Assembly (NCBI GenBank): GCA_030141605.1
Contig: JAQGDQ010000733.1
Coordinates: 1 to 64,000 of the forward strand
Length of the DNA stretch: 64,000 nucleotides
Direction of reading: 5' to 3'
Source of the DNA: Tubiluchus corallicola
Lineage: Eukaryota; Animalia; Priapulida
In this document: piece by piece, positions 40,601-50,500 of the stretch
Layout of the letters: each line of letters opens with the position of its first letter
How positions within the stretch are numbered: position 1 is the first letter of the stretch
Translations under genes and position numbers: made by a program
The notes under the pieces: generated by a model
Database searches by the model: none
Told to the model about the DNA's origin: nothing
What the model saw: only the letters and a program-made list of their open reading frames with translations

Positions 40601-43600
40601 GCTATTCCATATAGATATCCAAATATATATAAACTTAATAAGCACTTACATATTGTCAACTTTTCTAACTTCGTAAATGTGTTACTTAAATCGTGACCTA
40701 TGCGTCTAAAGAAACAAAAGTAAAAAAGTATTAATCACCATGTAAACATCCAAAAAATCAAATAACGGTTGTAAATATATTTAATTCTGGGTAAATGAAC
40801 TTCAGTCTAAACAAAAATCAATCAGTTAAAATAAAATTTGATAACTTTAGACCGATTAAATTGAATATTTATTGATTAACATTAAAAGTGTTAACACGAT
40901 AAAATAATATTTACGGCTCAGGTGAAATAACGATTGTTTAATTAAACACGATGGAGCCTAATGAAGTTTACGTGAAGTTTAATTGATATAAGAAAATTGT
41001 GAGTTTTCTCTTCATCTAGAAACTAAAGCTGAAAATTCACAGAGACTGTAGCGTTTGAAAAATGCACATCAATAGGTAAAATCAAAACTTAAACGATTAA
41101 AAGTAATCAGAATACGCAATTAAAACTATACTCAACGTATGTTAAACATGTATTTTGGTATGTACTGTGGAAGTTGGAATTGTACATTGTAGTTAGGTGC
41201 TGCCATCTATGTGCTAATCTTGTAACATTCTACTAGCTGACTTACCTTCAGAATACGCAATTAAAACTACACTCGACGTATGTTAAACATGTATTTTGGT
41301 AGGTACTGTGGAAGTTGTAAATGTACATTGTAGTTAGGTGCTGCCATCTATGTGCTAATGTTGTTACAGTCTACCAGCTGACTTATCTTCAGTATAATTG
41401 TATGGTCCAGTGACTACATACACACTGGTCCTCTCCCTATGTAAAATTAATGGTTGTTGTGAAGCCTGTGCAAGTGCTGCCATCTATGTGCTAATCCTGT
41501 ACATTCTACCAGCTGACTTGCCTTCAGTATAATTGTATGGTCTAGTGACTACATACACACTGGTCCTCTCCCTATCTTAAATTAATGGTTGTTGTGAAGC
41601 CTGTGCAACTCTGCATAGGTCAAGTTCTATACCTGTATACTGGCTGTGAAACAGGTTTTACTGACTGTTTTTGCTTTCTAGTTTTTGCTCAATGTTCAGT
41701 GCAGCAGTTTTGCTACTCATGTTTTCTGTAGTTTAATAAACACTTTTCTGTTGTGTGCAGTGCAAATATTTATTATAGATTTTTGGTTCCTATCCATACT
41801 TCTCTGTGCCTAAACTCAATCATAACAAAGTGACTGAACAACAACTTCAAAAATGACTTTCACAGGTACTAATATAAACTAGAAAAAGCTAAAATAGGAG
41901 AGAAAGTCAAATGTATAAAACACACATATAAATGAAAATACGTTACTCTCACCTAGCTACTTGCATAAATTCACTCCGCTGTTTTAACACTGGGTTGGTC
42001 TGGTAAGCGTTTGTTAATGGCCCATTACCCTAAAATATGGAAACATAACAGCATATTTAGGGATGAGATTGACAAATTGCAAAAAACTCTGAAACATGCC
42101 AGGGGTTTGGGGGCCGCACAGGCAGCAACAAATTGCAATTTTGTGACCATAGAAAGCCTCTAAGTGGACTTAAAATATCAATTACCTTGTTTCATGCATA
42201 ATTTAAAATACCCAACTATCAAGGATACATGATACCTAATTGTCTCAAAAACGCCTAAGTACTGGCCGCTCCTATGTAAACGTATATAAAAACTGTCTGC
42301 AATTGACTCAAATAACTCCACACAATTGATTCTATATTTTTATACATACAGATATACACGTGGTTACACTGATGTACGTGATGCAAACAAAGTGACGGCC
42401 TGCCACCTAGCGGTCAGCTTGTGAAATAATGTAGTGGGTCCGATTTACAATAATGGCACTACTGGTCTTCCAAAAACTCGGAATTCCGAGTATCCGCGGA
42501 AAATTCTCATCCCTGTTATTTGCTGTTTATAAAGTCACTTTAAAAAGTTGCAAAAAGAAGTGAAATTTAGTTTTCACGAGAATTATTTTAGTCATGCAAA
42601 AAATTAAAAGTCATCTTTTGATTCTTAATTCATTTACTGTTGAAATATGCAAGCCAGACAATTCCACTATTAAAATTCATCAATGACATTTTTACTTTTA
42701 GAAAAAGTGTTTTCTGAAAAGGCCTCCTGGGTCAAATTCCATTAGCGTGTTGTATCATCACATTACAGTCTTCCAGCAAGTAAACTGCTTTGCGTATACA
42801 AGCATACAACACCGAGTAAACACAACAACACAGACCCGTCGATCAACTAACGCTTACCATCCTACTGCGCATGTTCTTCGCAGTGGACATGAACTCCGTG
42901 GTTCTGTCACGGCACGTCATATCCGGTTCTATTTGTTCTAATGTTTGAAGTAACGGCACCCCTAGCAGCTCTCTTCTGTCTGTTCCTGTGAAAAAAATGC
43001 ACAAATTGAATTGTAGAGTATCATATTTATTGCGCATGAACAGAATAAACCATTAGACAACTTCACTCGACAACAATCCCACATAAAGCAATGGACAACC
43101 TCACTCGACAATAATCCCACATAAACCAATGGACAACCTCGCTCGACAACAATCCCGCATAAACCAATGGACAACCTCGCTCGACAACAATCCCACATAA
43201 ACCAATGGACAACCTCACTCGACAACAATCCCACATAAACCAATGGACAACCTCGCTCGACAACAATCCCGCATAAACCATTGGACAACCTCGCTCGACA
43301 ACAATCCCGCACAAACCAATGGACAACCTCGCTCGACAACAATCCCGCATAAACCATTTTGTATTGGAAATTCCTCTCTGTTGGGTAATGGCGTTGAATG
43401 AAATCTCAAAGTACTTGTAATCTTTCACTACGTAATCAGTTACACGTAGCAATACCTGCGGTGGTCAACATCGCTTGTTTACCTGTAAATCTCTTGTATT
43501 TGCACTAACATAGCATTGTAAACAACCCGATAATCTTCTCTGATGCTGGATTCTAATTACAATTTACAGGTTAGGATTACGTCCGGTTTTGCTTTAACCA

Positions 43601-45914
43601 CAAGAAAACTCTTCATTTAAATCTAAAACTATGTCAAATGTCTACAACTTATTTCTGCCGTGACTAGGAGTTCACTTAGAACTGTTATTTGCAAAGGCAA
43701 TAACAGCCACATATTTGACAAATTATCGTCGTAATCCTGCTTTTGTACGCAACAGATCTTATGGCAAATCTTGTCCGCTTACAACGGATTTTGGATAAAA
43801 CTGATTGCTGCTATGATCGAACATTCAGACAGTTCTGGCTATAAATGTTCAGACAAATCCGCTGTTAGCCAGACAGGAAGCATAGTTGGCAGGTGAAGTG
43901 CTACGCATCACACACGGCAGCATCTAACTAATACCAACGAACCAATGTAAAGTACCAGTGTAACATTTACCGCTTTAAAACGTCAGTTAAACGATATCTG
44001 TTTACTTCTTATATAAACTAGTCTTGATAACCACCTACTGTTCCTGTGTGACACAACAGTCACAACTTTGTGTTCTTTTTGAGTAGAATCCAGAGTGCTT
44101 CGTCATCTCATGAGCCGAATCTCCACAAGCCACTCTTCCTACCCTTTTGAACATTCTTTTATCCATCACTTCTATCCCTACTTTGCGCAATTCTTTTTTT
44201 TAAATTGTCTAAAAACCTTCGTTTTTTTGTTCTTTTTTTCTCAGTATTTGGACGTGCTTATAATGGTGCAAGCACCTAACAAGTTTCACTGCCATTTATT
44301 ATGTGCACGCTGTCATATAATCATTATTATTAATATCTACTTTTTAACTGTGTTTCCTGTATAATGTATTTACACTTCCAAATAAATTTATTATTATTAT
44401 TATTATTATAGTTACATTTATATTGTGCTTTAATAACCTAATTTTATGATAACAAGCTATCTTCTTGAAAACCATATAAATTTTACATGAGTATTAAACC
44501 AATTCACTATTATTATATTATTTTCGAACACACATGTACAGTTAAGTTATATAAGTGGTTCAATTAAAAGAAATTAGTAGACTAGCAGTAAAAGTAAAAA
44601 TAAATATTCAACACTGACAATAAAAACAACAACAAAAACAAGCACGGATATTATTTACATACAAGAAAACAAAGCAATTAATTTAAAAAGATACCACACA
44701 TTCTAACATTTCTCTCAACTGATATTTTGATAAAAATTAAAATTTTTGTTTTTCATACAAGTTATAAAATTTTTTGCAAAGTTTATTGTCGCTAGCTGCC
44801 TGGAATCTAACTCGCATCCTTTTACAATTATATGAGTTAATACAAGAAAATTTGTAAATAAATCTTTTAGAGTAACATTATTTTCTATAACAATTGTAAT
44901 ACAAGTTGAAACCCATTATTGACTTTACGTCATATAACGTCTGCTTGGATACAAAGTTAATTGTCGAGTTACTACTATTTTTACATATAATTATTTTTAT
45001 ATACTACATAGAATTTAAAGGACAAGAAAAGGGGCACCTGAAGTAGGTTTCAGAAAAATCACCTTAAAAATTATATTACTTTATAGCAATTTGATGCATA
45101 TATCGTACTCGCACTGAAAGGAATTGTCGTTGTACTCATTTTAAATCTCCCGCAATGCTGTTCCGACATCGCCATTACATGACGTCACTACGCCACGTAA
45201 ATCAGTGGAAGAAAAGGCAATGTTAAATTATGACCCAAAAAACTTTCCGTGCAAATCTATTTTACTTAGCATTTCACTTACCTGCTGTAAAGACTTATGT
45301 AACTAAACTAATAATTTAAAATATTGTGAAAATTGGTAAAATGTCACCGACTCACCCTCCAGGGTGCGCCACTGACTAGCCAAAAACGTATTTTTAATCT
45401 TATTGAAAAGACACAGTAATTTAAAATTTTACTTGATTAGCAACATGTATGCTACGAATGTTCTGATTATTTTTTCAAACTTTACTCAATGTTATCTAAA
45501 CATGTTTCTAACGACCTACGATTAAAATGGCTGCGCCTAACGGTCATCGCGGGAGTTCAGATTTAGACGTTTTATACAGCGTTACGGCCGATGCAAGCAC
45601 TGCACACGAAAAGGTAGTATGTAAGTGGTATAAAATTATTCAAGTTCCAACATGCGTAACCGTAATATCCTAGGTAACTATAAAGGCAATGGCAAGAATT
45701 GAAATTGTGCACACAAAGTTTGAAAATACATCGAGCTGTGTCAGTACCCGACAGAAAAAAAGCTAGTAATATTAATAACACTTGTAATACCTGTCTGATT
45801 CGAATGTCGCTGATATCCGTTTATGTACGAATGCTGATGAGCAGGGTTGTTTAGGGAATCCCGTTCGGAATGAGATTCACCTTCTGACGTACGGCGACGG
45901 CGAGGCGTGGTCAT
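11435..45914 (-). CDS. STX5: Syntaxin-5 (Golgi/ER Qa-SNARE), complete spliced CDS: join(45791-45914,42858-42985,41953-42029,40650-40705,38460-38572,36819-36950,22924-23014,19463-19578,16961-17082,11435-11594), 1119 nt, 372 aa
   Basis: Exons assembled by hand; every junction is GT-AG and phases match. The translation contains the STX5 N-peptide [10 protein letters not shown], Habc segments ([28 protein letters not shown]...[29 protein letters not shown]), the SNARE motif ([22 protein letters not shown]) and the TM tail ([24 protein letters not shown]). Confidence 0.97.
11900..12780. repeat. CAG/CAA/GAC-rich compound trinucleotide repeat
   Basis: Direct inspection; lies in STX5 intron 9. Confidence 0.92.
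13017..13575. repeat. 12/13-bp minisatellite (CCTATCAATCAG / TCCTATCAATCAG)
   Basis: Direct inspection. Confidence 0.95.
13929..15622. repeat. Complex VNTR: ~60-bp constant unit with variable trinucleotide spacers, followed by a CAA/CAG/GAC-rich repeat
   Basis: TTGAATTCAACCGGAGAAACTACTAGAGT... recurs at ~13929, 14064, 14141, 14218, 14525 and 14691. Confidence 0.9.
16621..16965. repeat. 114-bp tandem repeat x3 that includes the STX5 exon 9 donor
   Basis: Units start at 16621, 16735 and 16849. Confidence 0.92.
16961..17082 (-). CDS. STX5: STX5 exon 9 (SNARE motif, [40 protein letters not shown])
   Basis: TTTCAG acceptor, AAG|GTATTA donor. Confidence 0.96.
17467..17827. repeat. 33-bp minisatellite x11
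   Basis: AAAACTTATGCATGATCTTAAAGGATTTATAAG. Confidence 0.96.
18920..19378. repeat. Compound tetranucleotide microsatellite (CTGT/CCTG/CTAT/GTAT/CCGT/CCAT)
   Basis: Direct inspection. Confidence 0.97.
19463..19578 (-). CDS. STX5: STX5 exon 8 ([38 protein letters not shown])
   Basis: TTTTGCAG acceptor, CAG|GTAACT donor, IDM (IxM-type) motif and QLIDEQ. Confidence 0.95.
19683..20135 (+). mobile_element. Kolobok-like family B, truncated copy
   Basis: TTAA|AGGACAAGAAAAGGGGCACCTGAAGTAGG start; homologous to 7474-8123. Confidence 0.75.
20347..20857. mobile_element. Tc1/mariner (Tigger/pogo-like) MITE
   Basis: TA|TAGTCAAACCTCGGTTTTCGA...TGAAAACCGAGGTATGACTG|TA; empty paralogous site at ~32977. 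Confidence 0.85.
21616..22784. repeat. 20-bp minisatellite (CRTACTTCAATGGTATTTTA) x~58
   Basis: Direct inspection. Confidence 0.98.
22924..23014 (-). CDS. STX5: STX5 exon 7 ([30 protein letters not shown])
   Basis: TTTACAG acceptor, GTACGT donor in phase 1 matching exon 8. Confidence 0.93.
23322..23742. repeat. Compound (TAAG)/(TAGG)/(CAAG) microsatellite
   Basis: Direct inspection. Confidence 0.95.
24195..24856. repeat. Compound (CTTA)/(CCTA)/(CCGA) microsatellite
   Basis: Direct inspection. Confidence 0.95.
25286..25671. repeat. (GAGT)/(GAAT)/(TAAG) microsatellite
   Basis: Direct inspection. Confidence 0.95.
25672..25938 (-). mobile_element. 3' end of a Rex1/Babar-like LINE
   Basis: Minus-strand [39 protein letters not shown] (one frameshift) resembles the Rex1 C-terminal HP..LF.LLPSG.R...T.R..NSF.P.AIR..N motif; a second 3'UTR copy lies at 50664-50785. 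Confidence 0.7.
25950..26110. repeat. (TTA)n/(TTATCA)n microsatellite forming a LINE tail
   Basis: Direct inspection. Confidence 0.93.
26111..27250 (-). mobile_element. 3' end of a non-LTR retrotransposon interrupted by a piggyBac MITE
   Basis: Encodes ...[31 protein letters not shown]...; homologous to 58070-58598. Confidence 0.7.
26310..26948. mobile_element. piggyBac-like MITE
   Basis: TTAA|CCCTTATAGGGTCAC...GTGACCCTATAAGGG|TTAA. Confidence 0.9.
28168..28598. repeat. Degenerate (CA)n/CACG-rich repeat
   Basis: Direct inspection. Confidence 0.9.
29136..29621 (+). mobile_element. Internally deleted RTE-clade non-LTR element
   Basis: 14-bp TSD ACTATTTTTGAGGA, (AAG)n tail, RTE-type RT C-terminus [19 protein letters not shown]...[19 protein letters not shown]; another copy starts at ~63978. 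Confidence 0.88.
29957..30250. repeat. 100-bp tandem repeat x3 spanning a transposon end
   Basis: Units start at 29957, 30057 and 30157. Confidence 0.93.
30229..30735 (+). mobile_element. Kolobok-like family A copy
   Basis: TTAA|AGGAAGACGGGATGATTTTTC start; homologous to 39858 and 59659. Confidence 0.7.
31454..31943 (-). mobile_element. hAT-like MITE family H1, copy 2
   Basis: Perfect 8-bp TSD CTGTAAGG; CAGGGGTG TIRs. Confidence 0.93.
32154..32254. repeat. (TAAG)n microsatellite
   Basis: Direct inspection. Confidence 0.95.
33376..34106. repeat. 52-bp minisatellite x14
   Basis: CAGGGTCGYGTTCCAACTACAAACTAGTCCGCTGTGCTACAGAAAGCCGGGA. Confidence 0.97.
34633..35167. repeat. (AAACT)n-(AAAGT)n-(AAACT)n pentanucleotide array
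   Basis: Direct inspection. Confidence 0.96.
35990..36304. repeat. Degenerate ~20-bp minisatellite (ATAATCAGCATTTACAGTGC)
   Basis: Direct inspection. Confidence 0.85.
36819..36950 (-). CDS. STX5: STX5 exon 6 ([44 protein letters not shown])
   Basis: TTTCAG acceptor, GAG|GTAAGC donor, conserved sequence. Confidence 0.96.
37041..37387. mobile_element. hAT (Charlie-like) MITE
   Basis: TIR CAGTGGTTCCCAAACT; perfect 8-bp TSD ACTTAAAA. Confidence 0.93.
37600..38086 (+). mobile_element. MITE family H2 (CAGGGATGAGAAT TIR), copy 1
   Basis: TIRs, ATATTA on both flanks; homologous to 42059-42515 and 48658-49175. Confidence 0.85.
38460..38572 (-). CDS. STX5: STX5 exon 5 ([37 protein letters not shown])
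   Basis: TTTTTCAG acceptor, GTAAGC donor, conserved Habc sequence. Confidence 0.96.
38913..39200 (-). mobile_element. Kolobok-like family A, partial inverted copy
   Basis: Reverse-complement homology to 39858-40140. Confidence 0.7.
39284..39485. repeat. 202-bp dispersed direct repeat, copy 1
   Basis: About 2 mismatches versus 43361-43562. Confidence 0.93.
39858..40470 (+). mobile_element. Kolobok-like family A copy
   Basis: TTAA|AGGAAGACAGG...GGTTTTGCT|TTAA; colinear with 59659-60238. Confidence 0.72.
40650..40705 (-). CDS. STX5: STX5 exon 4 ([18 protein letters not shown])
   Basis: TTTCTTTAG acceptor, GTAAGT donor, close match to known STX5 sequence. Confidence 0.95.
41307..41864 (+). 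mobile_element. Solo LTR with internal ~135-bp duplication
   Basis: TGTGGAAGT...ACTTTCACA termini, 5-bp TSD GGTAC, internal AATAAA; second copy at 55019-55432. Confidence 0.8.
41953..42029 (-). CDS. STX5: STX5 exon 3 ([25 protein letters not shown])
   Basis: TTTTAG acceptor, AG|GTGAGA donor, QRSEF motif. Confidence 0.93.
42059..42515 (+). mobile_element. MITE family H2, copy 2
   Basis: Homology to 37600-38086; begins ~30 nt from the STX5 exon 3 acceptor. Confidence 0.85.
42858..42985 (-). CDS. STX5: STX5 exon 2 (contains short-isoform start ATG at 42920, [21 protein letters not shown])
   Basis: Acceptor TTTTTCACAG, donor ATG|GTAAGC, conserved RDRT-EF N-peptide. Confidence 0.95.
43046..43357. 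repeat. 38-bp minisatellite x~8
   Basis: AAACCAATGGACAACCTCRCTCGACAACAATCCCRCAT. Confidence 0.95.
43361..43562. repeat. 202-bp dispersed direct repeat, copy 2
   Basis: Near-identical to 39284-39485. Confidence 0.93.
45019..45565 (+). mobile_element. Kolobok-like family B, truncated copy
   Basis: TTAA|AGGACAAGAAAAGGGG start; homologous to 7474-8123. Confidence 0.75.
45791..45914 (-). CDS. STX5: STX5 exon 1 (long-isoform N-terminal extension [12 protein letters not shown]...NQT)
   Basis: ATG at 45914, open 124 nt, donor CAG|GTATTA in phase 1 matching exon 2; Arg cluster near the N-terminus as in vertebrate STX5L. Confidence 0.85.
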
Positions 45915-47306
45915 CGGATCGACGAAACGAAGGCAGCGATTCTGGGCAAGTCATTCATCCAATCAGTGAGTGATCAGCTTGGATTTTGCAACTATTTAAT
46001 CATTCTGCATTTAATAATCAAGTAAAAAAAGTTAATTTTGGCTGGAAATTTTAATTCCTATACTATTAGGTAATGAGACAGCAGGCTTATTTTACATAGA
46101 GGCTGAAGCTGAGTCAGTTGCTACTACATCAGCTGACTCGCACAGTAAATCAGCTAGCTCAAGTCAGCTAAAGCTGTGAATTTTTGTTAACTAAAGAAAT
46201 AAAAATTGTAAGTTAACTGTTAAATATGGAGAAAAATTTTTTAAATAATTCATTTGCTCATACACAGATGAAAAATTCAAATAATGCATTAGAGATTATA
46301 AAAAAGCAATGGATTTATAGCAAATATTTACAAGGCTTATCTGATTACAACAAATCAATACTAAAATAATTTCATACGTGTGACTTACGTTGCCTATATG
46401 TGTATTTAATTTTGAAATGACCAGTAGTAATGCCAACGTCACACGTAGGATGTAACCAAAGTGACAGAGGGGAGTGTTGGCACAACTGAAGCCATAGTGC
46501 TCTTACATTCAGCATTATCTCAATTTTTAAACAAATACTGCGTATTTTCACAGAATTCTATACACAAAGTATTGACGAGCAATCGTGGAAGTAGCGCGGA
46601 TAGTCGTAATGCGCCAAGCAATCGTGTCGAATAGGTAATCGCTCGGCGAAAACTGGATTCTCATAGAGTGCCAAAATAGAAAGAATATACGGTATACCTA
46701 TTCATGGGTATCCAAACGAAGTGGTGTAATCGATTTTGATATCAAATCCTACGAATTCTGACTTTTTCGCAGCTTAAAAATGTTTGCACTGTTTGATAAA
46801 CTTTGTCCAGATTGTAATTTTGACAATGGTTGTTGACACAACTTCTCAACAATTTCACGAAACACGTAATCGGCAATACGAGAAATCTGCTACGCACTTA
46901 GTTACTCAACCGAAACAAACAGAGCATGCGCAAAGGCTGGCTCACAATTTTTGTACAGTAGAATCGTCACCCACGTGCCTACTTGCAATGCACCAAGTCA
47001 GTGTATTGCCTGTAGTGTTTGTTATCACTGTTGTGCAGTGAATTAAAGATTAATGCGTCTGGGCTTGTTAAAATTTATATGTTTCAGATACGTGAATTCA
47101 TTTAAACTACGTGCTAATTCCTTAAAGTACGTGCGGCACTTTTTCAATTTATTTTGTGTTAACAACTGTGCATGTTAATGTTATCATTACCTACTTTCGA
47201 GATTTTATTGTTAAATTAATTAATTCATTAATGATTTGAAAATCATGAAAATACAATTCTAGGCAAAAGCAGTTTTGACCCTATGACAAGCCTCCTGTCT
47301 TTGCAG
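45915..47306. promoter_or_regulatory. Shared divergent STX5/MTR promoter region
   Basis: Interval between divergent genes; CCAATCAG at 45959, GCTGAGTCA at 46108, GCATGCGCA at ~46924, TCACCCACGTG at ~46967; CpG-richer than the flanking introns. Confidence 0.65.
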
Positions 47307-47328
47307 ATATTCATTCTATTCCACAAGC

Positions 47329-47529
47329 ATGGTGGCAAACAAAATTACGGAGGTTCTTCGGGAGAGGATAATGATCATAGATGGTGCAATGGGCACCATG
47401 ATTCAGCGTCAGAAACTAACAGAGGACAACTTTCGGGGAGAGGAATTCAGAAACCATTCTGTGAAGCTTCAGGGCAACAATGATATACTCAGCATTACTC
47501 GTCCACAATTAATCTACGATATACATTTG
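47329..47529 (+). CDS. MTR: MTR first identified coding exon (acceptor at 47306, ATG 47329)
   Basis: [26 protein letters not shown]...LIYDIHL; donor TTG|GTGCGA. The true start could lie in an upstream exon. Confidence 0.92.
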
Positions 47530-50500
47530 GTGCGACTATAAATAGTGATGTTAACCATTTAATAATTTTGTGACTTTTGTCATATATTTTGTCTAACGAC
47601 CTTCATAGACAAGATTGCACTTCCATGAATAGTGTGCAGTCCAAATTATTATGAAGTCATAAGTTAAGGAATAGAATGCAAGTTAAGTTTGAAAGATTTC
47701 AACTACGACTTCATGTGTACGTAATGTGTTATGCGTGATCCGTAATGCGTTGTGCATATACAACAGTTTATATCTAAACTTGTGTAAGTGTTTCTATGTG
47801 TACGTAATGCACAATAATAGAAATAATTTCGTTTACGACATGGTCTAAGGATAACACCTTAAATACCTCAATACTTATTTCCGAGATGGTCCCGATTATT
47901 ATTACCCGCACGTTACGTCGATAAACCCGCGTGCTCGGTCAAAGAACCATCGGTACCATTTTTCAAGTCTTTGGTTTGATTCGGTCGAGAGTTGAAACCC
48001 GCTACCTTCCGGGTGGGAAGCAAGCACACTACCATTGAGCTATGCCACCCGATCACAATCTGCTCGATCCATATTCACTCGAACGTGATGGCTATTGTTT
48101 GAATACGCATCACGCAGCAATACACAGATAGGAAATCATCATTGCCTAGGTGGTTATAGTGAGTTTTCTACACTATTATTCCTACACATTATTTCTACAC
48201 TTACATCTTGCTACATTTGCAAACAGCGACCAAAAATGGCGGAAAGGACTCCGTGAGCTTTGTTAATGCGCGTAGCATTCACTGACACATGGAAATAGTC
48301 AATACGCATTACAGATCACGCATTACGCAGTTCGTGCACATGGAGTCATTGCTTAACACGTATTTCATAAGTGTAGGAGTTGACCTAATACGTGTGCAGT
48401 CATTGTTACCTTGTCGAGCAAAGACTTGGGCACTGATGAACACGCTGATTCAGGCGGACTGCAGGGTGATGCGTAAGTGCGAGTGTGATGGAGTGACAGC
48501 ATTCAGAGTAAAGAGATTGCAAGAAGATGATTGAGTGAGATTGATGATAAGCTGTGGTGAAGAATAATCATCATTCTTCATCGTCATGTGGTGAGAGACC
48601 GAAGATGGGAATTTGGTGAGGGGAGAAGATGTGGGTTGAAGTAAAAGTCACGAAACACAGGGATGGTAATTTTCCACGGATACGTGGAATTCCGAGTTTT
48701 TGGAAGACCAGTAGTGCCATTTTAGTAAATCGCGTAAATTCGTTGAGAAAATTTTTACGGACCCAGTACATTATTTCACAAGATGACCGCTAGTTGGCAG
48801 GCCGTCACTTTGTTTACATCATGTACATCAGTGTAACCACGTGTATATCTCTATGTATAAAAATATAGAATCAATTGTGTGGAGTTATTTGAGTCAATTG
48901 CAGACAGTTTTTATATACTTTTGCATAGGAGCGGCCAGTAGTTAGGTTTGAGACAATTAGGTATCATGTATCCTTGATAGATGGGTATTTTAAATTATGC
49001 ATGAAACAAGGTAATTCATATTTTAAGTTCACTTAGAGGCTCTCTATGGTCACAAAACTGCAATTTGTTGCTGGCTCCCAGGGGGCTTTGCCCCTCAACC
49101 CCATTGCGGGCCTAGGTGGCCCCAAAACCCCCGGCCTGTTTCAGAGTTTTTTGCAATTTATCATTCTCATCCCTGGAAACCCGGAGGGTAGACCAGTCTA
49201 CTGGGAAAACCAAAGAACATCACAGGTAGAGTGTGTGCAAGATAATGGGAAGTTGATTAGAATTGAAGAAAAATTGGTACATGTGTATTGTTACTGTTAC
49301 ACTATCTGTACACAACCCACTATAATCATTAGTGTTTTTGTCTAATAAAATAAGAAAACTATAAATGAGAATGTGGATGCAGTACTTAATCTATAGCAGT
49401 GTTGTCATTTTGATTTTATTTAGAAAATTTGATTTCAAATGTGATTTATGCTACAGTTACAACTGAGCTGCGGAATGCTATGTTTCAGCGCTCTTAAAGG
49501 ATGTATACGTTGTATTTATTTTACAATTGTCATTTAAACTTAGGGACATATAAAAAAGAAATTTGCAAAAACTGTGTATAAAGTATAATTTTAATTTTTA
49601 TTGCCACTGTATAGAAATATTCAGGTGCGGTGGTGCCACCATTCACTTTGAAAATTATGATGTAACTGGGGTGGACTTCATGACTTTTCGTTATTACATC
49701 GTGGCTTTCCGTGAGTGCACCCTGCTTAAACTAATTCAGATTTCTGCAGCTTTCCTAATGTTCAGGCAAAAATATCACAAAATTAGCTGTCTATTTTTTT
49801 CTAAAAACTTATTATATTGTAACGGATCCGGGTCCTTTCCAGCCGCGGATCCGTCTCAGGATGTATCGAGCGGCATACAAGTTATGAAATACTTTACAGC
49901 AGACGAGAAAAGTAAAAAGAATACGAATGTAAAATAAACTTTAATGCACAACCAGTAGCTCCATGACATGTGAACAGATTTTTGTATAAAGATCAGCAAA
50001 CCTACAGCATTTACCCTTACAGGCAGAAAGGCCAGGTTGGAATCATCAAATTACGGCATGCATTCTGTTTTATACAGGTACATTTGCATTACTGGGCTTC
50101 TTCAACCATACCCATTACTAACATTAGGGGGTTGGTCATAATCTGCCTTCGTAACAATATGTTAAACTATTGAGGGACGTGATTCGTTGCTTTTTATTCA
50201 GTCAACGAGCGATGTAGCCGGTGGGAAAATGGGAGTTAAAAACGGGAGCGCCAAATCGTGAAATGGTGGCGACTTTACCAATTATACCTTGTGCTTGTAA
50301 ATCACGCTTTTATTAATAAATCGTTCTAACATTTTTCTCAGACATTGAAAAAAGCCTAACTTCCTGTAAAGCTTGTACTTTCCTTTAAAGCGAAAATTTG
50401 TTTCACATGTTAATTGTGTTGCAAAAGATTTAAAACGGTAACTGAGTACATTTGTCATTTTGTGCACATTTTTTTGTTTCTGTTTTTTTTATTTTTTCGA

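Noticed and set aside
44400-45000. Possible decayed LINE 3' end on the minus strand next to a (TTA)n tract
   Set aside because: Too degenerate to support without a search.
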